Shown here: positions 1-9,800 of the stretch, in pieces | How positions within the stretch are numbered: the stretch's first letter is position 1 | Layout of the letters: each line of letters begins with the position of its first letter | From: Chloroflexota bacterium | GTDB lineage: Bacteria; Chloroflexota; Limnocylindria; Limnocylindrales; CSP1-4 | NCBI GenBank assembly: GCA_025935415.1 | Contig: JAICVI010000003.1 | Span: 1-44,783 of the forward strand | Direction of reading: 5' to 3' | DNA: 44,783 bases | The notes under the pieces: generated by a model | What the model was told of the DNA's origin: nothing | The model's database searches: none | Seen by the model: only the letters and a program-made list of their open reading frames with translations | Position numbers and translations under genes: made by a program

Positions 1-821
1 ATCGAGCCGCCGATGACGATCCGATGGGGGTTGAACGTGTTGACGTAGCCGACGCACGCCGCGGCGAGCGCGCGGCGGGCTCGCCCCATGACCTGGATGC
101 AGGCGGCATCACCGGCGAGCGCGCCCTCGGCCACCTCCTTTGCCGAGAGCTCGTCCACGCCGCCGAGCCGTGCCGCCTCGGCGGTGAGGTACGGCGAGCG
201 GCCGGCCGCGACGAGGGCGCGGGCCTCGCGGGCGAGCGAGACCCCGGCGGCGATCGCTTCGACGTGGCCCGTGCCACCACAGCCGCAGCGAGGCCCGTCC
301 ATCTCGACGACCACGTGGCCGAGCTCGCCGGCGAAGCCGTCGGGACCATGGAGGATCTCGCCGCCGGTGACGATCGACCCGCCGATGCCCGTCGACACGG
401 TCAGGTAGATGAAGTCGTGGAAGCCGCGCGCCGCCCCGAACTCGTGCTCGCCGAGGGCCGCGACGTTGGTGTCCCGGTCAAGGAAGGCCGGGAGCCGCTC
501 GGCGGTCTGGAGCGCCTCGGCGAGGGCGATGTCGCGAAACTGCGGGCCGAGGTTCGGGGGTTCGACGACGAGGCCGCGCACCGGGTCGACCGGACCGGGC
601 GACGAGATTCCGATCCCCGCGAGCTCCGTCGCGACGGCTGCCGGGGCACCCTCACGCGCCTGCCGTGCCACGGCGCGACAGGCCTCGACGACCGCCTGGG
701 GGCCGGCATCGGACGGTGTCGGGCGTTCCGTGCGCGCGATCCGGGTACCGTCGGGCAGGACGACCGCGGCGCGGATGCGCGTGCCGCCAAGATCGACTGC
801 GATGACGGGTCGGGAGGACAG
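1..821 (-). CDS. ROK family sugar kinase (glucokinase-like), 3' end outside window
   Basis: Minus-strand frame, absent from the ORF track because it is truncated, reads RPVIAVDLGGTRIRAAVV at the N-terminus (ROK phosphate loop) and GYVNTFNPHRIVIGGS at the window edge. Start uncertain: CTG at 821 after GAGGT; TAGACT -10 at 872-877. Confidence 0.85.
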   Translation of the reverse strand, partial: MSSRPVIAVDLGGTRIRAAVVLPDGTRIARTERPTPSDAGPQAVVEACRAVARQAREGAPAAVATELAGIGISSPGPVDPVRGLVVEPPNLGPQFRDIALAEALQTAERLPAFLDRDTNVAALGEHEFGAARGFHDFIYLTVSTGIGGSIVTGGEILHGPDGFAGELGHVVVEMDGPRCGCGGTGHVEAIAAGVSLAREARALVAAGRSPYLTAEAARLGGVDELSAKEVAEGALAGDAACIQVMGRARRALAAACVGYVNTFNPHRIVIGGS

Positions 822-941
822 GGGCGGAACCTCGGAGGGAGGGGACGCTTTTGATCGTGAAAGGCGGCAAAAGTCTACCAGCCGACCTCGCCCAGGCCCT
901 TCGAGGTCGCACGAATAGCGTTACAGGTCCGGAGAATCCAA

Positions 942-969
942 GACCCCCGCCGGTCGCCCGGCGGGGGTC
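942..969 (-). terminator. GC-rich hairpin downstream of the small zinc-ribbon gene
   Basis: GACCCCCGCCGG-tcgc-CCGGCGGGGGTC perfect 12-bp stem about 20 nt after the stop at 992; weak U-tail on the minus strand. Confidence 0.65.
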
Positions 970-991
970 CAAGGTGCCTGATGAGGAAGGG

Positions 992-1132
992 CTAGCCGCC
1001 GATCTTGAACACCTTGGTCCCGCACTTGGGACAGGTGCCCTGGAGGGCCTTCTTGCCGTTCTTCATCGTGATCTGCTGCGGGTTCTGGACTTCGACCTTC
1101 ATCTTGTCCTTGACGCAGTAGGCCATCGCCAT
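992..1132 (-). CDS. DUF5679-like small basic zinc-ribbon protein (46 aa)
   Basis: Not in the ORF track. MAMAYCVKDKMKVEVQNPQQITMKNGKKALQGTCPKCGTKVFKIGG, with GGGGAGGA RBS, AYCVK and GTCPxCGTK motifs, and a downstream hairpin. Confidence 0.85.
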   Translation of the reverse strand: MAMAYCVKDKMKVEVQNPQQITMKNGKKALQGTCPKCGTKVFKIGG

Positions 1133-1183
1133 GGGTTCAGGTCCTCCCCAAACTCCCGTGTGCCGCGAGCTCAGTGCTCGAGG

Positions 1184-2035
1184 TCACGTCGCGCTCAAGA
1201 GTCCGAGCGACGGTCGCCAGCGTTCCGTCGCCGCTTCCTGCTTCCGGCGGTCCATGTCCGCGAGGATCCGGAGGCTTTCCAGTCCCGTCGCCACGCAGGC
1301 AGCTTCCGCCGCATCCTTGGCGTCCCCGGTCACGAAGTCGCCCGTGGATCGCTGCGCGTAGACCGCACAGACGACCCCCGCCCGACATCGCGCCAGACTC
1401 GCCAGCACGAGCAACGCCGAGGCTTCCATCTCGAAGTTCATGACGCGCTGGCGCGCCATGTCCTCGGCGAGGTCAGGGTATCGAATGGGAAGTTGCGGGA
1501 TCGGGCGTCCCTGCGCTCCGTAGAAGCCGGGTGCCGTGGCCGTCAGACCCACGTGATACCGATGTCCGAGCCGGTCCGCCGCCTCGATGAGCGCGACGAC
1601 GGCCTCGTAGTCAGCCACGGCGGGATAGCCGTCGTGGACGAACCAGCTGGTGGTGGTTTCGAGCCGCACCGCGCCCGTGGAGATCACGAGATCCCCGAGG
1701 CCCATCTCCGGCTGGAGCCCACCACAGGAGCCGACGCGGATGATCGTCGGCCGATTCGTGATGGCGAGGATCTCGGCCATCGCGATCTCGACGTTGTCCG
1801 TGCCGATTCCTGTCGACACGATCGACACACGCTGGCCACGGTACGTGCCGGTGACCGACGCGAATTCACGATGCCGGCGCTCGAGCTCGACGTCGTCGAG
1901 CATCCGGGCGATGCGGGACGTCCGATCGGGGTCGCCGGGGAGGAGGAGGTACTCGGCCAGCTCGCCGGGGCCGAGATCGATGTGGTACTGCCGCTCCCCT
2001 GTCGGGAGCGCGACGCGGTGGTCCGCGTTCGGCAA
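1184..2035 (-). CDS. udp: Uridine/nucleoside phosphorylase
   Basis: QYHI, LPGDPDR, HREF, STGIG, IIRVGSCG, FYGAQGR and NFEME motifs of the PNP/UDP family. Confidence 0.88.
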   Translation of the reverse strand: MPNADHRVALPTGERQYHIDLGPGELAEYLLLPGDPDRTSRIARMLDDVELERRHREFASVTGTYRGQRVSIVSTGIGTDNVEIAMAEILAITNRPTIIRVGSCGGLQPEMGLGDLVISTGAVRLETTTSWFVHDGYPAVADYEAVVALIEAADRLGHRYHVGLTATAPGFYGAQGRPIPQLPIRYPDLAEDMARQRVMNFEMEASALLVLASLARCRAGVVCAVYAQRSTGDFVTGDAKDAAEAACVATGLESLRILADMDRRKQEAATERWRPSLGLLSAT

Positions 2036-2123
2036 GAGCCCGTTCTCCTCCTCGTTCGCCCGCGGCTGCGGAACTCGGGCAAGCGTAGGCGTGGCTTCGA
2101 ACGAGCGTCAAGCGGATTCGTGC

Positions 2124-5100
2124 TCAGCCCACGCTCAGGCCACGCTCCCGACCCGATCCTTCCGGGAAGCTCGAGGGCGACCCAGGTGACGGCTCTGGTG
2201 ACGGCCCCGGTGCCGGTCCCGACTCCGTCGCGGCTTCCGTGCTCGCGGTCCGCTCCGCGCTTCGCGAGGCTGGCACGGCGGCGGGCTGCGCCCGCAAGGT
2301 CGCCAGGCGACCCACCACGACGGCCCGCAGGCGCCGGCGGAGGAGGCGTCGCCGAAGCAGTGTGACGGCCACGGAGGCGAGGGTCAGCAGGGCCATCGCC
2401 AGGACGCTCGTGGGCGCCATCGACGGGCCGAGGAGCGTCGAATCCGCCGTGAGGGCGGCTGCCGCCCCGTTGGGGCTCGAGATCGGTCCCAGGATTGGCG
2501 CATCCCCGATGGGCAGCCCCTGGCCAAGGCTGCCGACCCGCAGGAGCGACCCGTCGTCGCCAACGACCACGATCGCGCTTCCGTCGACGAGCTCGACGGT
2601 GCCCGTGGCGGCGACCGCCTCACCTTCCCGGAGGTGCCCGAGCAGCGACGTCATGTCTCCCTGGAGCACGACGTGGGCGAGGGCCGTGCCGTCGTCCAGG
2701 TCGAAGCCGTCGTCCGTCACGCTCGCAACCAGCCCACCGACGCGCACTCGAGCGCCAACGTGCTCCGAGAGGGTGGCGAGATCGGTATCCGGCGTGATGT
2801 CCGCCGCGCCCACCGCGCCGCTGTCTCCCCCAGTCGAGGTGCCCGCCGAACCGCCGTTTGACGCAGCGCCGAGAGCGGCACCGGGCATGCCGTTCCCGGC
2901 TGGCCCGATCGCCACGTCGGCAGCGCTGCGCGGCAGGATCGCGAACCGCCGATCGCTGGCCGTCGGATAGGGGCGCTTGACGATGCCGATCACCGTGATC
3001 CGGCGCCCCGCGAGGATCGCGGTCGATGGAATCCCCGCCCCCGCCTGACCCTGAACGGCGACCTTCGTGCCATCGGCGATCGTGACGTCCGCGCGCCAGC
3101 GATCGCCAAGCCGCTCGACCTTCAGGACCGTGCCCGAAAGGCGCACGAGTGCCCATTCGTCGCGTTCGGCCGGGCCACGGCTCAACGCCTGCGGTGTGAC
3201 CGACCCCGTCCCGAGGGAGCCGATGCTCGTTGCCCCGAGCCGCGGCGCGCCCCACGCAGTGCCCGTCTTGCCAGTGACCCAGACCCGCGTGCCCGCCGCC
3301 GGCGCGTTCGAGCCAGATGGAATAAGGACCTCGATGCCGCCGCTCGGATCCTGCACGACGATCCGCCTGCCGCTCGAGTCGAGCAGTGAGGAGCCCGCAG
3401 TCACCGTCGCCTCGATCGTGAGCGTCGTCCCTTCGGGAGCAGCGAGCGCCGTGGAGACCGGCACGACACCCGGGCCGCCACTCGTCCCCGGCGCACCGCT
3501 CGATCCCGGCGCCGTGCTGGCGCCCGGCACCGGCGCACCGGCGATCGCGACGACATCGGCGCGATCTCGCAGGTGGAGTCGATAGCCATCCAGGGCGCCC
3601 TTTCGCGAGGCACGCTGCCCGACGATGCCGGTCAGGCGATAGGCGTGGCCCTTCACGAGGGCGCTCGCGGCGATGCCGCTCGAGCCGTCCGCGATCACGC
3701 GGAACGTCTTGCCGTCCGCGTCGGTGAAATCGATCGACAGGTCGCCGCTCGTGCCCTTCTGTGGATTCGCGACCGCCGTGCCGCCGATCTCGGCCAGCCG
3801 GCCCTCCGTCGCCTCACCGAGCTGGGCCGCGGTGAGCTTGCTGGGTGCGGGGAGGCTGCCCTGGCCAGTGACCTTGAAGCCGGCGGCGGCGGGTCGGAGC
3901 TCCAGCTGGCCGTACGGGTCTGCGAGCAGGCCGCGCACCAGCAGCGTCGTGCCTCGCGCTGGCGCGGCCACGCCGTCCGGAAGCCGCACGGCGATCCCGC
4001 CCGTGCCATCCGCGATCGACAGGACCGGCGGGGAGCCGAGGCGTCCGGCCTCCGCCGTGACCACGCCGGCGACGGAGACGGTGATCCCGACGGGCGCTCC
4101 ACGCGCCTCCACGATCGAGAGCACCGGCGGTGACGTCGGGCCCGGCATGCTCGTCGGCGCAGGCGTCGGCGTCGGGCCCGGTGTGCGCGTGGGCGTCGGG
4201 GTCGCGTTCGGGGTTCGCGTCGGCGAAACCGTGGGAGCGGCGGTGGGCGTTGACGTTGGTGCGGGCGTTGGCGTCGGCGTGACCGACGGGCTCGGGGTGG
4301 CCGTCGGCGTCGGGGTCGTCGTCGGCGTCGGCGTCGGCAGGATCCCGAAGTCGCTCTCCTCCGTCGCGTGCAGGCGATAGCCGGACAGCCCCGTTCCGGT
4401 GCTGTCACGCTGGCCGATCGGGCCGACGGCCACGACGGAGGTGCCGGACGGCACGGATTGCCCGCCGAGTGCGTCGGGACCGACGATCACGCGAATCGCG
4501 CCGGAGCCGTCATCGACCATCAGCCCGAGGCCGTCGGACATGTCGGTCGGTGATCCGACCGTGATTCCCTGCACGATGGCTCGCCAGCCCTCCTGGAGCT
4601 CGCCGATGGCCCCGGTCTGGAGCTCCCAGGGCGACGGGCGTTCCTGTTCGCCGAGACCGACGATGTCAGCAGTGGCGACGCGCAGCGTCCGTTCCGCAAA
4701 GCGCTCGTCGAGCGTGCCCTGCACGACCACCAGCGTGTCGGCGGGGAGCCCGTCCGTGACTGCGACATCGAGGTACAGCGCGATCCCGCCGGTGCCGTCC
4801 TGGATGAAAGCCTTGCGTCCGCTCTCGAGGGCGCCGAGGTGCGTCGTCAGGACCCCGGATACCCGGACGGTCGAGCCGTCGGCAAGGCCGCGGGCCTCGG
4901 CGATGGCGCTGATGGGGAGCGGCGTCGCGGTCGGGGCCGGACTGGGCGTCGGTGAAGGTGTTGGAACGGGCGTCGGAGCGAGCGTCGCTACCGGCGTGGC
5001 GGTCGGCGTGGGCGACGGCGTCTGCGTCGCCTCGGGCGTGGGCGTAGGCGTGGCCGTTGCGGCAGGCGTCGGTTCGACGGTCGGCATCGCTGTGGGCGCG

Positions 5101-5948
5101 GGCGGCTCCGTGGACCCAGCAGTCGGTTCCGGCGTCGGGGCCTCGGTCGGCGAGATCGTCGGCGCCGGCGACGCCGACTCGCCCGGGCTCGCGGAGGGTC
5201 CAGGCGTGGGCGATGGCACGGCGCTCGCGGACGCGTCGGGCGTCGCCGAAGGGCTCGGCGTGGCCGTCGGGCCAGGAGTGGCACTTGGCGCGGGAACGGG
5301 CGGCGCGGCCACCGACTGCGGGTTGGGCGCAGCCTGGGTGAACCAATCCTGGGCATTGTCGTTGGTGTCGATCGTGTTTCCGGCGGCGCCACCCGGCTTC
5401 CGCTCGATGCTGGAACCCGCAGCTGGCGCCCCTATGGCCGTGCCCTCGACGAAGGTGTTCGTGGCGTCGCCCCAGCCGACGGCATCGACCGGGGCACCGC
5501 CGATCACACGCAGCACGATGGCCCCACCAGTGGCGGCGAAGCCGCCGCTGTACGTCGCGTCCGCGATCGGGGCGTAGATGCCGGCCGCGTTCGCGACGAC
5601 GAGGTGGCGCCCCGAATCGAGCAGCAGCGTCGAGGCCCAAGACACCTTGCGGGTTACGGTGCTCCCGGTGGAGGTTGCGTAGACCAGCTCGAGCCCTGCG
5701 AGGTCGACGGGCGCGGTTCCAACGTTGGCGATCTCCGCGAACTCGTCCGATGCCGATGCGCCGCCGGTCTGGACCTCCGACACCAGCAGTGTCGAGACCG
5801 GCCAGCCAACCGGCACCAGGGCCGCATCGACCGCGCCGGTGCGATCGGGCACGGCACCAAGGGCGACCCCGCCCAGCGCAAGCACGAAGAACAGCGCAGC
5901 GAGGGGCGCAACGCGTCGCTCCACGATCGACCTCCGGGCGGGAGCCAT
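2124..5948 (-). CDS. Surface-anchored lamin-tail-domain protein with about seven OB-fold modules and Pro/Thr linkers
   Basis: Signal-peptide-like N-terminus; LTD motif [22 protein letters not shown]...VDAVGWG...SIER...DTNDNAQDW; repeated IAEAR...GV(L/V)T...(Q/A)DGTGGI OB-like modules; PT-rich linkers; C-terminal TM followed by [12 protein letters not shown]. Start may be about 27 nt downstream. Confidence 0.8.
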   Translation of the reverse strand: MAPARRSIVERRVAPLAALFFVLALGGVALGAVPDRTGAVDAALVPVGWPVSTLLVSEVQTGGASASDEFAEIANVGTAPVDLAGLELVYATSTGSTVTRKVSWASTLLLDSGRHLVVANAAGIYAPIADATYSGGFAATGGAIVLRVIGGAPVDAVGWGDATNTFVEGTAIGAPAAGSSIERKPGGAAGNTIDTNDNAQDWFTQAAPNPQSVAAPPVPAPSATPGPTATPSPSATPDASASAVPSPTPGPSASPGESASPAPTISPTEAPTPEPTAGSTEPPAPTAMPTVEPTPAATATPTPTPEATQTPSPTPTATPVATLAPTPVPTPSPTPSPAPTATPLPISAIAEARGLADGSTVRVSGVLTTHLGALESGRKAFIQDGTGGIALYLDVAVTDGLPADTLVVVQGTLDERFAERTLRVATADIVGLGEQERPSPWELQTGAIGELQEGWRAIVQGITVGSPTDMSDGLGLMVDDGSGAIRVIVGPDALGGQSVPSGTSVVAVGPIGQRDSTGTGLSGYRLHATEESDFGILPTPTPTTTPTPTATPSPSVTPTPTPAPTSTPTAAPTVSPTRTPNATPTPTRTPGPTPTPAPTSMPGPTSPPVLSIVEARGAPVGITVSVAGVVTAEAGRLGSPPVLSIADGTGGIAVRLPDGVAAPARGTTLLVRGLLADPYGQLELRPAAAGFKVTGQGSLPAPSKLTAAQLGEATEGRLAEIGGTAVANPQKGTSGDLSIDFTDADGKTFRVIADGSSGIAASALVKGHAYRLTGIVGQRASRKGALDGYRLHLRDRADVVAIAGAPVPGASTAPGSSGAPGTSGGPGVVPVSTALAAPEGTTLTIEATVTAGSSLLDSSGRRIVVQDPSGGIEVLIPSGSNAPAAGTRVWVTGKTGTAWGAPRLGATSIGSLGTGSVTPQALSRGPAERDEWALVRLSGTVLKVERLGDRWRADVTIADGTKVAVQGQAGAGIPSTAILAGRRITVIGIVKRPYPTASDRRFAILPRSAADVAIGPAGNGMPGAALGAASNGGSAGTSTGGDSGAVGAADITPDTDLATLSEHVGARVRVGGLVASVTDDGFDLDDGTALAHVVLQGDMTSLLGHLREGEAVAATGTVELVDGSAIVVVGDDGSLLRVGSLGQGLPIGDAPILGPISSPNGAAAALTADSTLLGPSMAPTSVLAMALLTLASVAVTLLRRRLLRRRLRAVVVGRLATLRAQPAAVPASRSAERTASTEAATESGPAPGPSPEPSPGSPSSFPEGSGRERGLSVG

Positions 5949-5988
5949 CGAGGCCGGGCGGGACGGCCCGCGAGTTGTACCCGCCGGC

Positions 5989-6039
5989 GCTCACCGCCGG
6001 CGTAACTCCCGCTTCCGCCGCGCTTACCCGGCGCTTATC
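5989..6039 (-). promoter_or_regulatory. Five heptamers in exact 11-bp phase (candidate OmpR/PhoB-type direct-repeat operator)
   Basis: Plus strand GCTCACC (5989), GCGTAAC (6000), GCTTCCG (6011), GCTTACC (6022), GCTTATC (6033) in the divergent intergenic region. Confidence 0.55.
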
Positions 6040-6119
6040 CGGCGATGCACTGCCGATCACCGGGCGCGTACGATTCGCCACCCCGGTGCCGAAGACGCCG
6101 GTCCAGCCAAGGAGGCAGC

Positions 6120-6848
6120 GTGGCCCGCGTCAAGCAGACCGATCGTGCCGAGGCGCGCCGGCGGTATCGCCAGGCGACCAGCCAGGAGGCCGCGATCGAC
6201 GGCGCCGCGGACGACGCGCCTGCCGAGCCCGGCGACGGGAAGGCAGAAGCCGCCAGGGCCGGCCGGCCCACCAAGTCGACCGCAGGCAAGCCGGCCGGCG
6301 CGAAGCAGCAGCCGGCGGCGCGCCCGGGCATCACGACCGCGTTCCGTGCCGCCTACCACCCTGCGCATTTCCGCGAGGACTTCGCGGCCCTGCCCGGGCT
6401 CCTTCGCCACTACGCGTTCTTCGTCCCCGTGGCGATGATCGTGGTCGGAACCGTCGTCGCCTCGATCTTCTTCAACTACACCGGTGGTCAGTTCGCCTGG
6501 CAGATCCTGGTCTCGCCGGGGAGCGGCTTCGGGCTTCCGCAGCTGGTGACGGGGTTCTTCGCGCCGCGGGCCAGCTACATGCTGGGCTTCATCGTGAGCG
6601 TCATCCAGGGCATCGCCGCCACGATCTTCCTGCTGGCACTGTCGGATCGCCTCGGTCACCCGTTTCCGAGCGACCAGATCCCGGGCCTCCTGCTCCAGGC
6701 CTTCGTCGCCGGCCCGGTCAGCGGCACGCTCTTCGCCGCGGCCGCCGCGTGGTACCGCCGCTTCCTCGCCCTCTCGGGCCCGAAGCGAACCGCCGCGAAC
6801 ACCCGAAGCCAGTCGCGCTCCGCGAGTCGAGGTGGCTCTCGCCGCTAG
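6120..6848 (+). CDS. Hypothetical integral membrane protein (about 4 TM)
   Basis: AAGGAGG RBS before GTG 6120, TACGAT -10 near 6069, hydrophobic segments in the C-terminal half. Confidence 0.75.
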   Translation: MARVKQTDRAEARRRYRQATSQEAAIDGAADDAPAEPGDGKAEAARAGRPTKSTAGKPAGAKQQPAARPGITTAFRAAYHPAHFREDFAALPGLLRHYAFFVPVAMIVVGTVVASIFFNYTGGQFAWQILVSPGSGFGLPQLVTGFFAPRASYMLGFIVSVIQGIAATIFLLALSDRLGHPFPSDQIPGLLLQAFVAGPVSGTLFAAAAAWYRRFLALSGPKRTAANTRSQSRSASRGGSRR

Positions 6849-6872
6849 CCGGGCGCGAGCCCGCTTGATCGC

Positions 6873-9800
6873 CTACCCCAGGCGCCGCATGCCGGCGTGC
6901 CCCAGCTGCCGAACCCCGGTCGGTGATTCGGGGCCTCCGGCGCGCTCGGCGACCGTCGTGAGCGGCACGATCTCGTGTGCCACCACGTTGACCACGTTCG
7001 ATTCTCGCTGGAGCTCGCCGTCCACGAGCAGCAGTGCATGTCGCCGCACCACCCCGCGCAACCGTGCCCAGGTGTCCGGCCAGAGCGTGACGTTGACCAT
7101 CCCGGTTTCGTCCTCGAGGGCCAGGAAGACCGTGCCCTTGGCCGTCATCGGGTGCTGGCGCGTCACGACCAGCCCGCCCAGGCGAACCTTTCCCGGCCGT
7201 CGATCGGCGAGGGCACCGTTCGGGACCGCCCCCAATCGATCGAGGGCCTCCCGGAACAGCCCGACGACCTGCCGCCTGGCATCCAATCCGACCACCGCGT
7301 AGGCGTCGCCGAGCCGTTCCGATTCGGTGATCGCCGGCAGGTTCGGGGCCTCCGTGGCGGGAAGTCGCAGGTCCATCGGCCGGCCCGCGGCGGGTGAGCG
7401 CTTGCCGGCAACCGACCGGGTCGCCCGAACGCTCGCTTCGCTCGCGACGCGTCGCGATGTCGTCGTCGACGAGAAGCCGCGTCCGCGCACCGTTCCCGCG
7501 ACCTCTCGGAGCTGCCACAGGAGCTCGCGCCGGGGCCGTCCCAGCGAGTCCAGCGCGCCGGTCCGGATGAGCCGCTCGATCGTCTCCTCGGGCAGCCCCG
7601 TCCGCTCGACCACGTCCGCGAGGGACACGTACGGCCCGCGCTCGAGCTCCCGGTCGAGGAGCTCCTCGTGCTGCTCGCCGATGCCCTTCACCAGCTGCAG
7701 CCCGAGTCGCACGCCCCAGCCCGTCGCGCTCTCCGCGGCCCACTGCTCCCGCGAGATTCGGCTCGGGACTACGCACGCGGAGGACGCGACCGGCACGGGC
7801 CGCTCGTCGATGCCGCAGCCTTCCGGCAACGGCTCTCCCTCCCCCGAGCCGTCGCCGATCGCCCAGCCCGGTCGCCCGACCCACTCCGTGGTGGTCTTGT
7901 AGGTCGAGGCGTTGAGGTCGACCGGCAGCACCGCGACCCCGTGGCGCTTGGCGTCGTTGACGAGCACCTCGACCGGGTAGAAGCCCATCGGCTGCGCGTT
8001 GATGAGCCCGACGAGGAACTGCGCCGGGTAGAACAGCTTGAGGAACGAGGACTCGTAGGCCGTCCGCGCGAAGGCCGCCGCGTGGGACTTCGCGAAGCCG
8101 AACGACGCGAATGCCGAGACCTGGCGGAACAGCTCCTCGGCGACCTCCGCGGTCATTCCCGGTTGTCGCATGCAGCCATCAAAGAACCGCTGGTGGAGCT
8201 TCTCCATCTCGCGGTTCGAGCGCCACGTGCCCATCGCCCGCCGGAACCCGTCCGATTCCGCGGGCGAGAAGCCCGCGACCTCGATCGCGATCCGCATGAC
8301 CTGCTCCTGGTAGAGGATCACGCCCATCGAGTCGCGCAGCACCGGCTCCAGGCTCGGGTGGAGGTACTCGACCGGCTCGAGGCCCTGCTTCCGCCGCAGG
8401 TACGGGTGAACGGCGTTGCCCTGGATCGGTCCCGGCCGGATGATCGCGACCTCCACGACCAGATCGTCGAGCGAGCTCGGCTTCGACTTCGGCAGTGTCT
8501 GCATCTGGGCCCGGCTCTCGACCTGGAAGACCCCGACCGTGTCGGCCGCCTGGAGCATCTCGAAGACCTCCGGGACCTGCTCGGGGATCGAGTCGAGGAC
8601 GACGCAGGCGCCGCAGTCGTGCTCGATCAGCTGGACGGTCTCGTCGATCGCGGCGAGCATCCCGAGCCCGAGGAGGTCCAGCTTGATGAGCTTCAGCTCC
8701 TCGACGTCGCGCTTGTCGAACTGGACGACGACGCGGTCCTGCATGGTCGCCCGCTCCAGCGGCGCGATGTCGATCAGCGGCGCCGCGGTCACGAGCATGC
8801 CGCCGCTGTGGATGCTGAGGTGGCGGGGAAAGCCGTCGATCCGGGCGCAGAACTCCAGCCAGCGCTCCCAATCGGACATGCCCTTCGTGGAGCCACCGCG
8901 GGTCTGGGCCGGCGGCTCCGGCTCGATTCTCGCCACCGAGCTGTGTGGATCTGCTCGCCCGACGCGATCCACGCCAATCCCGCCGCGGATGCTGTCCGGC
9001 TGCGGCCAGTAGTACGGCCGCCCGAGCCGGTCGGTCGATTGGTCCGTCCGGCGCGGCTCCGTCTCCGGCATACCGCTCTCGGGGTCGATGCGCCGCCCCT
9101 CCACCAGCGCCGGCGCGACCTCGAGATCGGCGACCTGCTGCCCGCTCGTTCCATCAGCCGCGCTCGTTCCATCAGCCGCGCTCGTTCCATCAGCCGCGCT
9201 CGTTCCATCAGCCGCGCTCGTTCCTCGCCAGCCGCCGGCACCTCCGCGCTGATACCCGGTCCCGCGGCCCGCCCGCAGCCACGCGACGCTCGCGGGCGTG
9301 TCGCCGGGCCCGCCCTCGTCATCCCCGCGGCCTCCGGGCCGGATCGCCGGCGGCGACTCCGGCGCCTCCTCCCACATCCCCGAGCTGCTCGGCCCCACGA
9401 GGGCAAGTGGCGCGCGTTCGTGCCAGATGTTCCTGGGGGGAACGTTAGAAGCGGGAGCTGCTTCGCCGGACGCCGTCGTGCTCGATTCGATGACGGGATC
9501 CGTCCCGTCACACGCTTGTGCCGGGACGAACGGTGGTTCGGCGTCGGCGTCGAAGCCGCCCGTAGGCCTCCCGCCGGTGGCTGACGTTCCCGCAGGGAAC
9601 ATCTGAAACATTCCGGCGCCCGCGGGGCTCCTCCCCACGACGCTGGCGCCCGCGGGGCTCCTCCCCACGACGCTGGCGTCCGCGGAGCTGCCGTCCGCGG
9701 AGCTGGCGTCCGCGGAGCTGGCGTCCGCGGAGCTGCCGTCGGCTGACTCCTTCGCCGTCGCCTCTCCCAGCCACGCGAAGGGGCGTGGCGCATGCGGATC

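Noticed and set aside
24-2365. Long plus-strand ORFs (24-854, 851-2365) and similar antisense ORFs across the window
   Set aside because: They are shadow frames of real genes, expected in very GC-rich DNA, and are Arg/Gly-rich with no motifs.
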